The position numbers and the translations under genes were made by a program. This document shows positions 1 to 9,545 of a stretch of 64,000 nt of DNA, piece by piece. This stretch comes from Spirochaetia bacterium (lineage in GTDB: Bacteria > Spirochaetota > Spirochaetia > UBA9216): the NCBI GenBank assembly GCA_963677925.2, contig CAXXYH010000003.1:1440001-1504000 (forward strand). The letters run 5' to 3'. Below the pieces are notes generated by a model that saw only the letters and a program-made list of their open reading frames with translations, did no database searches and was not told where the DNA came from. How positions within the stretch are numbered: the first letter of the stretch is position 1; every line of letters starts with the position of its first letter.

Positions 1-788
1 AATGCCGTATTTAAAAATTCCGCCCAGCTCTCAATTTCTCTTCCGGGAATGACAGGATAGAACAATACACCGTTAGCCTGAGCAGCCTTCAAATCCCCCG
101 GAGCATCACCTATTTTTATTACATTACTTCCGGTATACCGGCCATCCATAACTATCCTGATATGGTCCTCTTTAGTACCGGCTTCCTGCCCGGCAATCAC
201 CTGAACATAATCTGCAATTCCATGTTCATTCCATTCCCGTTCCAGAGCCTCCATAGGAGTAGCAGAAACAACCAGCAAGTCCGCATATACAGCTGATTTT
301 TCAAGTGTTTTATGCACACCGCTGAATGGGGGAACACCCTTAAACGATTCGGTTACAGTCCTGTTGATACCTAATGACCAGTCATAAGTTCTTTGCAGTA
401 TAGGGTCACCTGTCCGTATAACTTCTTTTTCAAGTGCAGAATTAGCCAGTGCATCAGTATTTTCTATCCAGTTTCTCAAAGAAGTGAGATCAGGCTTAAT
501 CCAGCCGCTGCTTCGAACCTCTGTTCTATCTGAAAGCATATCAAGGGAATAGACCAGAGCTTTAAAGCGGTTTACACCCCTCGTTCCTGAATACAAATTT
601 ACAAATTCCCAGACCTCTCTTGCAGGAGTCTCCAGTTCCTGAAGACCCCAATGCTTTATAAAATTCGGCGCAAAACACTCTCGATGTTTTACCCCCATAG
701 AATCAAAAACACATCCGTCGGAATCAATACAAATGAGGAAGTCGTGTTCTTTTTTAAAATTCTGAAGCCTGTATAATGAATCGTTCAT
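1..788 (-). CDS. HAD-superfamily hydrolase/phosphatase (3' end runs off the window)
   Basis: Not in the ORF track. Manual translation from ATG at 788: MNDSLYRLQNFKKEHDFLICIDSDGCVFDSMGVKHRECF..., with HAD motif I (DxDG) and later KIGDAPGD (motif IV). Confidence 0.85.
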   Translation of the reverse strand, partial: MNDSLYRLQNFKKEHDFLICIDSDGCVFDSMGVKHRECFAPNFIKHWGLQELETPAREVWEFVNLYSGTRGVNRFKALVYSLDMLSDRTEVRSSGWIKPDLTSLRNWIENTDALANSALEKEVIRTGDPILQRTYDWSLGINRTVTESFKGVPPFSGVHKTLEKSAVYADLLVVSATPMEALEREWNEHGIADYVQVIAGQEAGTKEDHIRIVMDGRYTGSNVIKIGDAPGDLKAAQANGVLFYPVIPGREIESWAEFLNTA

Positions 789-821
789 GTTCTGTCCTTT
801 TTAAGCAATTAAGTTCCTGCC

Positions 822-2570
822 TTAAAGCCGGGTTTCCCAACGGCCGCAGAAAACAGTTTCACTCGCTCTTCCCCTGAATTCTGTTTTTCCGCAGATCTTT
901 TCTATTGCTTTTCTTATACCGATCCTCTGGCTGGAATATACGTGAACAAGTGTTTTCACCTGGGGTATATCTATCAGATGATTTGTATAATTCAGGCTCA
1001 TTGCTATTGTTGGAACCTCCGGAATATACCAGGGCATTTCCTTGCTGTGGTGTATACTCCATCGAATTCGCTCGTTATTTTCCTGTGCATATCCCTTAAT
1101 GTTCAGAACCAGGAATACCAGATCATATTTCGATCTGAATTCTTTCCGTGATCCCGGCTCCAGCATCTGTCCGAAATTCATTGGGCCAGGTCCGTTTTTT
1201 ATCTCTAAATCATGGAAATTCATCAGGGCATCCACTTCAAATCCTGCATTTTGTAGTTCTTCTATTACAATATTCTTTACAGGATCACCGGAGTAAGCTC
1301 TGCTGTTGGGAATATTCGGAACATATACAAGCAGGGCCTTCTTATACTTTTCAGGGTTCACCGGGAGCAGCTCATTGGTATCTTTCACCAGAGTTATACA
1401 TTTCTCTGCTGCCGCTTCAGTATAAGAAAGATGCTGAGTACAGCCTACAATGCTTTTTCCCAATGCCGCATCAGGAAAACAGATATCAGGCTCGTTGACC
1501 CTGACCCTCGCCTTTAATGCAAGGATTCTGGTCACAGCATCATCCAGACGTTTCTCTGAAATTATACCCTTTATCAGACCGTTTCTTATAAACCCCAGAT
1601 CTTCTTCCAGATTATTGGCAAATAGAATCATGTCACATCCGGCTGCAATAGCCCTTGGAAGTGCATCTTCGCGTTTAATTACCGCAGAAAGGCCTATCAT
1701 ATGGGTAGCATCTGTTAGAATTAAACCCTGAAAGCCGAGCTTGTTTCGAAGAAGATCTGTTAGCAATTCAGGAGAAACCGTAGCAGGCATAATTTCGCTG
1801 TCCTTAATTCCCGGAACAAGTTTCCTGCTCATTGCAGGAAATGCAATATGACCGACCATTATACTTTCTATCCCGTCACTTATGAGCCCCCGGTATACTT
1901 TCCCGAAACTGGCTTCCCACTCGTCAACATCAAGACTGTTTATTCCCATAACAAGATGCTGGTCAAGTTCTTCCACTCCGTCACCGGGAAAATGTTTTGC
2001 ACAGCATGCCATATGCGGAACTCCGGCCCGCACACCTTTTATAAACGCCCGCGTATTTTTCAAAACCGTATCGGCTGTGTCGCCGAAACAGCGTGTATTT
2101 ACAATACTGTTTCTCCAGTTCATGTAAATATCTGCCACCGGATTAAAGAGCCAGTTGCAGCCGGCACTGCCGCTTTCCTTTGCAGCGACCAGTCCCATAT
2201 GATAAGCTGTCTCCTCACCATCTTCTGCTGCGGCCTGTACTGCTGTTGCGACGAAAGTTCCTTCAGGAAAGGCACCGCTGCCTCCGTCATCACAATTAGC
2301 AGCTATCAGAAGAGGAATCGGTGAATATTTCTGATAAGCAGTATTCTGATTATAGACAGCCTCCCAGTTCCCTCCCTGCCAGCGCAGGCCGCCCTGGCGT
2401 GTTTCCTGTATTGTGCTTCGGATGCTGTTTTCATCTTTATTCTGCCTGGTATCCAGCAGAATAAACAGCTGTCGAATTTTATCTTCAACATTCATCCCGG
2501 CTATCATTTTTTCAACCCAGCTAATCTGACTGTCATTTAGGTAAAAGGGATTTTCCCTGAGATTTATCAC
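822..2570 (-). CDS. Glycoside hydrolase family 3 (beta-hexosaminidase/beta-glucosidase/glucuronidase-like), cytoplasmic
   Basis: GH3 motifs KHFPGDG, IMVGHI, ILTDATHM; no signal peptide; GTG start with GGAG SD. Confidence 0.9.
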   Translation of the reverse strand: MINLRENPFYLNDSQISWVEKMIAGMNVEDKIRQLFILLDTRQNKDENSIRSTIQETRQGGLRWQGGNWEAVYNQNTAYQKYSPIPLLIAANCDDGGSGAFPEGTFVATAVQAAAEDGEETAYHMGLVAAKESGSAGCNWLFNPVADIYMNWRNSIVNTRCFGDTADTVLKNTRAFIKGVRAGVPHMACCAKHFPGDGVEELDQHLVMGINSLDVDEWEASFGKVYRGLISDGIESIMVGHIAFPAMSRKLVPGIKDSEIMPATVSPELLTDLLRNKLGFQGLILTDATHMIGLSAVIKREDALPRAIAAGCDMILFANNLEEDLGFIRNGLIKGIISEKRLDDAVTRILALKARVRVNEPDICFPDAALGKSIVGCTQHLSYTEAAAEKCITLVKDTNELLPVNPEKYKKALLVYVPNIPNSRAYSGDPVKNIVIEELQNAGFEVDALMNFHDLEIKNGPGPMNFGQMLEPGSRKEFRSKYDLVFLVLNIKGYAQENNERIRWSIHHSKEMPWYIPEVPTIAMSLNYTNHLIDIPQVKTLVHVYSSQRIGIRKAIEKICGKTEFRGRASETVFCGRWETRL

Positions 2571-2734
2571 ACAATACTCCTTTAAGCGGTAAAGATAACC
2601 GGACCGTAATTTATACTGTTTGTATTTTGATTATATAATCAAAGGTCAGAGGGTTTTGGGATAATTAAATACAATTAGGGATTATTACAACAAAACAATC
2701 ATCTGCTAAGAAGATGAAAATTTTAATCGGCTGA

Positions 2735-3487
2735 CTATACAATAAGCAGTTCGAAGCCTAACTCTTTGAAAAGATCAGGTTCCTTGAAACCTGTATCGGT
2801 TATCAATATATCGACCATTTTACTGTCAGCAAATTTTGCAAAAGCGCTGGCATTATACTTGCTGCTGTCAGACAGAATAACCCTTCGCTTTGAAGCTTTC
2901 AGGATTTCACATTTGACAGAGGCTTCAATGGAATTTCCCGACAGGAACGAACCTTCAGGGCTGAAGCTTTCCGCACCTACGAAACATATATCAAACTGCA
3001 TTTGCTTTATACCGGATTCAGTAACCGGTCCGATAAAAGAACCGGCCTCCTGTCTTAAATTTCCGCCTAATACGGTAAGCACAGCCGATTCTGATTTATT
3101 GAGAACATTAATAACCTCAAGTGAATTAGTAACAACTCTTACAGCATGCTCAATAAGTTTTTCAGCAAGCATTGCATTAGTAGTCCCTGCATCCAGACAG
3201 ACGGTATCACCGTCCTGAACAAGCTTAAGCGCATACGATGTTATCCTGTCTTTTTCATTGTAATTTCTGCTTTTCCGTGAAGAAAGATTTGTAACGGCAT
3301 TAACACTTTGAGCAAGACGGGCTCCGCCATGGCTGCGGATAATATAGCCCATATTCTCAAGCTGAGTCAGGTCTTTTCTGACAGTGACACTTGAAACGCC
3401 AAGTCTGTCCGTTAATTCAGCGACAGAAAGATTACGGAAGTTATGCAGAAATTTCAGTATCTGATCATGTCTGGGATTTCCTGGCAA
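2735..3487 (-). CDS. DeoR/GlpR family transcriptional regulator
   Basis: N-terminal HTH (LGVSSVTVRKDL) and DeoRC motifs LDAGTT, VVTNSL, LGG. Confidence 0.93.
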   Translation of the reverse strand: MPGNPRHDQILKFLHNFRNLSVAELTDRLGVSSVTVRKDLTQLENMGYIIRSHGGARLAQSVNAVTNLSSRKSRNYNEKDRITSYALKLVQDGDTVCLDAGTTNAMLAEKLIEHAVRVVTNSLEVINVLNKSESAVLTVLGGNLRQEAGSFIGPVTESGIKQMQFDICFVGAESFSPEGSFLSGNSIEASVKCEILKASKRRVILSDSSKYNASAFAKFADSKMVDILITDTGFKEPDLFKELGFELLIV

Positions 3488-3597
3488 ATTCCAACCTCTT
3501 ATATTTCATGTGCTATATAAGATAATAGAGAGAAAGTGCAGATATGTCCACAAAAAGTTTCATATTCTTACGTTTTACGAAAGTTTTAATAACACTC

Positions 3598-3626
3598 TTG
3601 ACAGACCAATACAACAGAGCAATAAT
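3598..3626 (+). promoter_or_regulatory. sigma70-type promoter for uxuB-uxaC
   Basis: TTGACA-17 nt-AATAAT ending 35 bp upstream of the ATG at 3661. Confidence 0.55.
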
Positions 3627-3660
3627 TTATCTTAAATATTTATTATAACAGGATGGAAAT

Positions 3661-4476
3661 ATGAGAGCTTTAGGCGATGAAATAGCAGTAATAACTGGAG
3701 GGACCGGTGCCATAGGGTCAAGCTTTGCTAAAGGCCTTCTGAACGCCGGGGCAAGGGTTATAATCCTTGGAAGAGGAAAAACAAAGCCGGTTGACGATGC
3801 AGTCAGAGACATTCTTTCAGACGGCAGCCTTCCCGAAGATGCAGGAAAAAGACTTTCGGGCTACACCTGTGATGTAGCTGATGAAATGGATATAAGCAGA
3901 ATTATAGACTTAATCACAAATGATGCCGGCATACCGACTATCCTTATCAATGCAGCAGGAGGAAACAAGGGCAAGGCCGATTTTGTTGATGTTGATGTGA
4001 GTATATTTAATGAAGTTGTTCAGATGAACCTTCTTGGAGGGCTCGTTGTTCCTACAAAACATATAGCCAGATTATGGATCGAGAATAAAATTCAGGGAAC
4101 CGTTATAAATATTGCATCAATGGCTTCCTACCTGCCCCTATCCGGAGTGTGGGCTTATGGAGCTTCAAAAGCAGGAGTAATGAATCTGACTGCAGGGCTT
4201 GCCAAAGAACTTGCGGAACACGGTATCAGGGTTAACGGAATTGCTCCCGGCTTCTTTGTTGGCAACCAGAACAGAGCTCTTCTGTATGAAGATTATGAAA
4301 AAGGCATTCTTACTGAAAGGGGTAAACAGATAATAGCTCATACCCCCTTCGGACGCTTTGGAAAACTCGAAGAACTAAATGGAACACTTGTATATCTCTG
4401 TGATAAGTCGCAGTCAGGATTTGTCAGCGGAGTCACAATCCCGGTCGACGGCGGATACCTGATAGATAATATCTGA
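3661..4476 (+). CDS. uxuB: SDR oxidoreductase, D-mannonate oxidoreductase/fructuronate reductase type
   Basis: TGGTGAIG, NAAGGN, YGASK, NGIAPGFF motifs typical of SDR-type UxuB; directly upstream of uxaC. Confidence 0.8.
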   Translation: MRALGDEIAVITGGTGAIGSSFAKGLLNAGARVIILGRGKTKPVDDAVRDILSDGSLPEDAGKRLSGYTCDVADEMDISRIIDLITNDAGIPTILINAAGGNKGKADFVDVDVSIFNEVVQMNLLGGLVVPTKHIARLWIENKIQGTVINIASMASYLPLSGVWAYGASKAGVMNLTAGLAKELAEHGIRVNGIAPGFFVGNQNRALLYEDYEKGILTERGKQIIAHTPFGRFGKLEELNGTLVYLCDKSQSGFVSGVTIPVDGGYLIDNI

Positions 4477-4502
4477 TAAAACTAAAAGGGAGGCTGTTAT
4501 TA

Positions 4503-5912
4503 ATGAAATTCATACACGAGGAGTTCATGCTTGAAAACACTTCTGCGTCCAGACTTTATCATGAATATGCCGAAAAACAGCCTATCATCGATTATCATTG
4601 CCACCTTGATCCGCAGGAGATTTCTGAAGATAAATCCTGGGAAAATATAACACAGGTATGGCTTTACGGTGATCATTACAAATGGCGGGCAATGCGCAGC
4701 AACGGCATTGATGAACGTTTCTGCACAGGAACTGCCTCAGATTGGGAAAAATTCAAGAGTTTTTCCGAGATAATGCCCTTCCTGCTTCGGAACCCTCTCT
4801 ATCACTGGAGCCACCTGGAACTGGCGCGAAGTTTTAAAATAGACAATCTGCTGCTCTCTGAAAAAACTGCACAGGAAGTCTGGGACAGAAGCTCAGAAAT
4901 ACTTCAGGACGGCCTGTCTGCCCGGCAATTAATGAAAAACAACAATGTACTGGCAGTCTGCACAACAGATGATCCGGCTGACAGTCTTGAACATCATATA
5001 AAGATTTCAGAATCGGAAAGCTTTACACGCGTACTGCCCACCTGGAGACCCGATAATGCACTGGCTATTGAAAAAGAATCATGGCCGGGCTATATCCGGC
5101 GTTTGTCAGAAGTTTCAGATACTGATATTTCTTCATACGATGATTTGATCGAATCCCTGAGTAAAAGACACCGGTTCTTTCATGATACCGGCTGCAGACT
5201 ATCAGATCACAGTTTGGAAACCTTCTTTATAACAGATTACAATGCAAAAGAAGTAAGGAATATTTTTACAAAAGCCGTAGCAGGAAAATCTGTAAGTATT
5301 GAAGAATCCCGGAAGTTTAAAACCGCCCTGATGCTTGAGTTCGGAAGAATGGATGCAGAAAAGGGATGGACAAAACAGATGCATATTGGAGCTCTCCGGA
5401 ACAACAGCAGCAGAATGTACAATATTCTTGGACCGGACAGCGGATTTGATTCGATAGACGATCAGCCTGTTGCACGGCCGCTTGGTCGCCTGCTTGATAT
5501 GCTTGACAGAGAAAACAGCCTGCCTAAAACCATACTGTACAATCTTAACCCTAAAGACAATGAAGTGATTGCCACCATGATTGGGAATTTTCAGGACGGC
5601 AGGATTGCCGGAAAAATTCAGTTTGGAAGCGGCTGGTGGTTTATGGATCAGAAAAACGGAATAGAGCGCCAGATTGAAGCTCTTTCACAGCTTGGCAGCT
5701 TAGGCCGTTTCGTTGGGATGCTCACTGACAGCCGTTCTTTTCTGTCATATTCCAGACACGAATATTTCCGAAGGATTCTGTGCAGCATCATAGGAAGAGA
5801 TATGGAAGCGGGAATGATTCCTGATGATTTCCAGCTTGCGGGGAAGCTGGTGGAAGATATATGCTATGGGAATGCATCAAGATACTTCGGATTCGATCTG
5901 AATCAGGATTAA
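4503..5912 (+). CDS. uxaC: Glucuronate (uronate) isomerase
   Basis: IIDYHCHL, GDHYKWRAMR, CTTDDP, GSGWWF, GMLTDSRSFLSY motifs. Confidence 0.97.
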   Translation: MKFIHEEFMLENTSASRLYHEYAEKQPIIDYHCHLDPQEISEDKSWENITQVWLYGDHYKWRAMRSNGIDERFCTGTASDWEKFKSFSEIMPFLLRNPLYHWSHLELARSFKIDNLLLSEKTAQEVWDRSSEILQDGLSARQLMKNNNVLAVCTTDDPADSLEHHIKISESESFTRVLPTWRPDNALAIEKESWPGYIRRLSEVSDTDISSYDDLIESLSKRHRFFHDTGCRLSDHSLETFFITDYNAKEVRNIFTKAVAGKSVSIEESRKFKTALMLEFGRMDAEKGWTKQMHIGALRNNSSRMYNILGPDSGFDSIDDQPVARPLGRLLDMLDRENSLPKTILYNLNPKDNEVIATMIGNFQDGRIAGKIQFGSGWWFMDQKNGIERQIEALSQLGSLGRFVGMLTDSRSFLSYSRHEYFRRILCSIIGRDMEAGMIPDDFQLAGKLVEDICYGNASRYFGFDLNQD

Positions 5913-6014
5913 AGCTGAGACCTCCTGATGCAAGTGAAAAACCCTGCATTCTCTTCCAGAGTCCTGCCATAAGGTAATTCGTTTATATGCATCAGAACCG
6001 GCCAAATATATTAT

Positions 6015-7685
6015 TTATATTTCCCTTTCATATACAGTTTTTCCTCTGAAAACAGTTTTTACAACACGTACATCTATAATCTTTTCGGGGTTGATGGAAA
6101 AAATATCTTCATCAAGAATGATAAAATCAGCAGATTTGCCTGCTTTGATCGAACCTGTCTCATCTTCAAGAAAATTTGCATAAGCAGCATTGAACGTAAA
6201 TGAGTTTATCATGGTTTTTAAATCCACTCTTTCCTCACTCCATAGCGGTTCACCATATTCCGCATCATGAGGATTACATCTAGTTATTCCGATCTGTATA
6301 GCTTCCAGAGGATTCGGATTAATTGTAACCGGAAAATCACTTGCTGATGCTACAACGATTCCCTGATCAATAAATCCAGCCATCGGATATTCATGTTCAG
6401 CCCGGTCGGCACCAAGATAGGGTACCTGAAGTTTGTAATAGTATTCATCTTTCATAAACCAGTAAGGATTGGGAATACAGACTATTCCAAGCTCACTGAT
6501 TTTTTGTATATCGTTTTCAGCGACAATCTGTAAATGTGTAATGCAATGCCTTTCATCGGTTTTGTCGGTTTCGGACAAAGCTCTTTCAAATGATTTAACT
6601 ATAAGAGCGGTTGCTGCATCGCCTATTGAATGTAAATGTACTTGAAATCCATATTCACGCGCAGACTTTATTATTGAAAAAAGCAGTTCTCCGGAATAGT
6701 ATGCCTTCCCCCTATAGCCTTCCATTCTTCCGGCAGCTTCAAGGTAAGGTTCCAGTAAAAAGGCAGTCCCGCCTTCCAATACACCATCCATGAAAATCTT
6801 TACGCTGTTAATTTTAAATTTAAGTCCCGATTCATCCCGGCCTCTTGCCTGATTTATCAGTTCAATCTGATTCAAATCACCAGCCTTATCCCATGCGTAG
6901 GCTCCCCTGAAATACATTTGCAGTTCATCACTATCTGCCAATTCCTTTATTGCCGCGACGGCATTACTTCCGGGAAACAGAACAGCATCAAAAGTTCCCG
7001 TAATCCCTAAAGAAAGTGCCATTTTCTGGTATTCAAGAAACGCATCTTTATACTGCTTTACCGAAAATTCAGGAAAATGCTTCATAACCATGTCAGCGGC
7101 AGACTCCCTGAGTGTACCTATAGGTTCACCGGAATCATCTTTTTCGATAATACCTCCGTCCGGATTTTCAGTATCCCTGCCTATCCCGGCAATCTCCAGC
7201 ATCTTTGTATTAACCCAGAGAGAGTGGTGATCTTCGGACCATAAAATAATAGGTATTTTATCTGAGATACGATCAAGAATTTTTCGGGATGGCCCCTTAT
7301 TGTCAAAAACCGTATTGGTCCAACCATTTCCGGCAATAAAGGTGGCTTCTGGATTTTCCGTCAGATACATTTCAACAGCCTCAATATACTCATCCAAAGT
7401 GTGCATTTCCGAGATATTTACGGAATTCATCAGCTCGACCATTGCTGTAGGATGACAATGAGCATCAAAAAAAGACGGAAGAACCGTATTCCCTCCAAGA
7501 TCAATGATTTCAGTTTCCTGAACGATCCAGTCAATTACACCGGAGTTATCGCCGGCATATGCATATTTACCATTTTTGACGGCTATAGAGTTTACGATTG
7601 TCTGCTCTTCATCACATGTAAAAATATTTCCATTTAGCAGAACAAATTCAGCCCCTTCCAGATTGCCAGTTTTTTTGTCTGTCAT
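6015..7685 (-). CDS. Amidohydrolase_3 (YtcJ-like) metal-dependent hydrolase
   Basis: DAHCH, KIFMDG, HSIGD, ITHLQ, SDFPV, GSIKAGKSADF motifs. Confidence 0.9.
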   Translation of the reverse strand: MTDKKTGNLEGAEFVLLNGNIFTCDEEQTIVNSIAVKNGKYAYAGDNSGVIDWIVQETEIIDLGGNTVLPSFFDAHCHPTAMVELMNSVNISEMHTLDEYIEAVEMYLTENPEATFIAGNGWTNTVFDNKGPSRKILDRISDKIPIILWSEDHHSLWVNTKMLEIAGIGRDTENPDGGIIEKDDSGEPIGTLRESAADMVMKHFPEFSVKQYKDAFLEYQKMALSLGITGTFDAVLFPGSNAVAAIKELADSDELQMYFRGAYAWDKAGDLNQIELINQARGRDESGLKFKINSVKIFMDGVLEGGTAFLLEPYLEAAGRMEGYRGKAYYSGELLFSIIKSAREYGFQVHLHSIGDAATALIVKSFERALSETDKTDERHCITHLQIVAENDIQKISELGIVCIPNPYWFMKDEYYYKLQVPYLGADRAEHEYPMAGFIDQGIVVASASDFPVTINPNPLEAIQIGITRCNPHDAEYGEPLWSEERVDLKTMINSFTFNAAYANFLEDETGSIKAGKSADFIILDEDIFSINPEKIIDVRVVKTVFRGKTVYEREI

Positions 7686-7708
7686 CGTATAAGATTCCTT
7701 ATATATCA

Positions 7709-7743
7709 GCGGTTTGCATTTACTGATGGTAAATGCAAACCGC
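7709..7743. other. Intergenic 15-bp perfect stem-loop between transporter and amidohydrolase (mRNA stabiliser or processing site)
   Basis: GCGGTTTGCATTTAC-tgatg-GTAAATGCAAACCGC with no U-tract. Confidence 0.6.
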
Positions 7744-7754
7744 CGGCAGTAATA

Positions 7755-9221
7755 TTAAAATATAAATCCTGATATCAGAAACAGGATAGCCGAAAATCCG
7801 GCAGCGATAAACCCGTAAGGCATCTGTGTAAGAGCATGTTCATAATTGTCACAGCCTGTAGCTGCCGATGTAATCAGGGTTGCATCTGAATACAGGCAGA
7901 TATGACTTCCCCATACACCTGCGGAAAGAAGAGCTCCTACGGATAAAGCAGTATTTGCACCCAGCGCCATTGACAGAGGAATTACAATCGGAAGCGCAAT
8001 AATATAAAGTGTCCAGTTTGAACCAGTTAGAAATTCAGTAATACCGAAAACAAGAAAAATAATAAACGGCATCAGCTGCGGATTCATTATCTCTTTGGCA
8101 TTGTCGATAACGAACTGAATAAATCCAATTTGATCCAGCAGACCGCCGAATGTATAGCCAAGAGCAATGATGGCAAACATGAACATCATATTTTTAAAAC
8201 CATCCACCAGAAGAACCATGAACTCCTTAATTGTAATTATCTTCTGGGGGACATACAGAAAAAAGGCAAAAACTATCCCCACAGCAGATCCCATAAAAAG
8301 ATCCACATCAAAAAAGATGGTTGCTATTATCAGCACGATTATCGGAAGGAAGAAATTAATAATCCTTGGTTTATCGGGAATATTCAGTTTCTCGTCTCCG
8401 CGAAGATCTATCTTTTCGGAGCCGGGAGGAGCAAGAACTCCTGTTGTCTGTGCCCTTTCCTCAGCTCGTTTCATCCTGCCGATCACGGGCACAACGCCAA
8501 GAATTACCAGTGGGACAATCAATACAGCAGACCAGGCATAAAAGTTATAAGGAAGGGTTTTTATAAAATAAAGCATTCCCTGACCTTCGGGTGCCCACTC
8601 GTTTGCTTCCAGCAGATTTGCAGCAAATGCTGCCCAGGTAGATATAGGGATGAGTACGGAAACCGGAGCCGCGGTTGAATCTACAATATATGAAAGCATT
8701 TCTCTGGATACTTTGTGCTTATCTGTTGCTTTAGGCATGCTTGATCCTATAGTCAGTGCATTAAGATAGTCATCGAGAAAAACTACTACCCCCAGCAGCC
8801 ATGTCCAGAGAAGAACGCCCTTTCTTGTTTTTGCTTTTTTCGCAATCAAATTACCGAATGCGATTGCACCGCCCGATCTTTCAATAACAAGAACCAGTGC
8901 CGACATAAATCCGCAGACCAGGATTACCCAGACAAAGTCTTCATTCATCAGCGTGCCGAAGAACTGACCTACGTATTCAGTAAAGAATGCTCCCTTGAAA
9001 ATCATAAAACAGGCAAATAAACTGGCAATTATCAGACCAAGAATAATTTCATTAGTTAATAGAATAAATGCCATAACAAAGACAGGAGGCACTACACTAA
9101 ACCAGCCAAGATTATCACCTGACGGATTCAGGATAAAAAATAAAACAAGAATTACAGCCGTAGCAATCAACAATAATATTTTTAATAACTTTTTATTTTC
9201 GGAAATCTGTTTACCCAACAT
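7755..9221 (-). CDS. NhaC-family Na+/H+ antiporter-like transporter (amino acid/amine transporter subfamily)
   Basis: About 12 TM helices; FLDDYLNAL, SREMLSYIVDSTAAP, GSHICLYSDAT, HALTQMPY motifs. Confidence 0.88.
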   Translation of the reverse strand: MLGKQISENKKLLKILLLIATAVILVLFFILNPSGDNLGWFSVVPPVFVMAFILLTNEIILGLIIASLFACFMIFKGAFFTEYVGQFFGTLMNEDFVWVILVCGFMSALVLVIERSGGAIAFGNLIAKKAKTRKGVLLWTWLLGVVVFLDDYLNALTIGSSMPKATDKHKVSREMLSYIVDSTAAPVSVLIPISTWAAFAANLLEANEWAPEGQGMLYFIKTLPYNFYAWSAVLIVPLVILGVVPVIGRMKRAEERAQTTGVLAPPGSEKIDLRGDEKLNIPDKPRIINFFLPIIVLIIATIFFDVDLFMGSAVGIVFAFFLYVPQKIITIKEFMVLLVDGFKNMMFMFAIIALGYTFGGLLDQIGFIQFVIDNAKEIMNPQLMPFIIFLVFGITEFLTGSNWTLYIIALPIVIPLSMALGANTALSVGALLSAGVWGSHICLYSDATLITSAATGCDNYEHALTQMPYGFIAAGFSAILFLISGFIF

Positions 9222-9289
9222 CTCTTATTCTCCTTTACAATATTTTATTTACAGTCTTCAGGGTATATCTCTATCACCTCCTTTAGAGC

Positions 9290-9330
9290 AAAAAAAAGAC
9301 CGATGCAAAATACAAATTTTGCATCGGTCT
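9290..9330 (-). terminator. Intrinsic terminator inside the 5' leader of the NhaC gene (attenuator)
   Basis: Minus strand AGACCGATGCAAAAT-ttgt-ATTTTGCATCGGTCT (15-bp perfect stem) followed by 7 U, about 70 nt upstream of the start codon. Confidence 0.88.
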
Positions 9331-9369
9331 ATTAAAAGCTATCAGCTATCTCTTTTAATCAATTCCGAT
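9323..9369 (-). promoter_or_regulatory. Candidate antiterminator hairpin overlapping the terminator 5' arm
   Basis: Minus strand ATCGG-aattg-ATTAAAAG-13 nt-CTTTTAAT-aga-CCGAT; the final agaCCGAT is also the start of the terminator stem. Confidence 0.6.
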
Positions 9370-9451
9370 AATAACGAGTAATAATTTTACTGCGTCCGAT
9401 TCTCCTGAAGCACGGAAACATCCCGTCAGCAGAAGCTCGTCGAACCCTGAA

Positions 9452-9480
9452 AGTATATCATACCTTCGGAAAACGGACAA
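9452..9480 (-). promoter_or_regulatory. sigma70 promoter (extended -10) for the NhaC-amidohydrolase leader
   Basis: Minus strand TTGTCC-17 nt-TATACT with TG at the extended -10 position. Confidence 0.65.
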
Positions 9481-9545
9481 GAATTATCCGAAGGCAGTTA
9501 AATCTGGTACTATTAAATAAAAAAAATATATAAAATCTTTACTCT

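Noticed and set aside
9244-9285. Strong SD-like AAGGAGGTGA right after the leader terminator, with a possible 10-codon GTG mini-ORF
   Set aside because: The GTG lies inside the SD itself and no properly spaced start codon follows, so a peptide cannot be supported. It may still be part of the regulatory RNA.
9290-9450. Lysine, T-box, SAM or ykkC riboswitch, or ANTAR twin-hairpin, upstream of nhaC
   Set aside because: I could not find the consensus elements of these classes by eye; needs cmscan to exclude formally.
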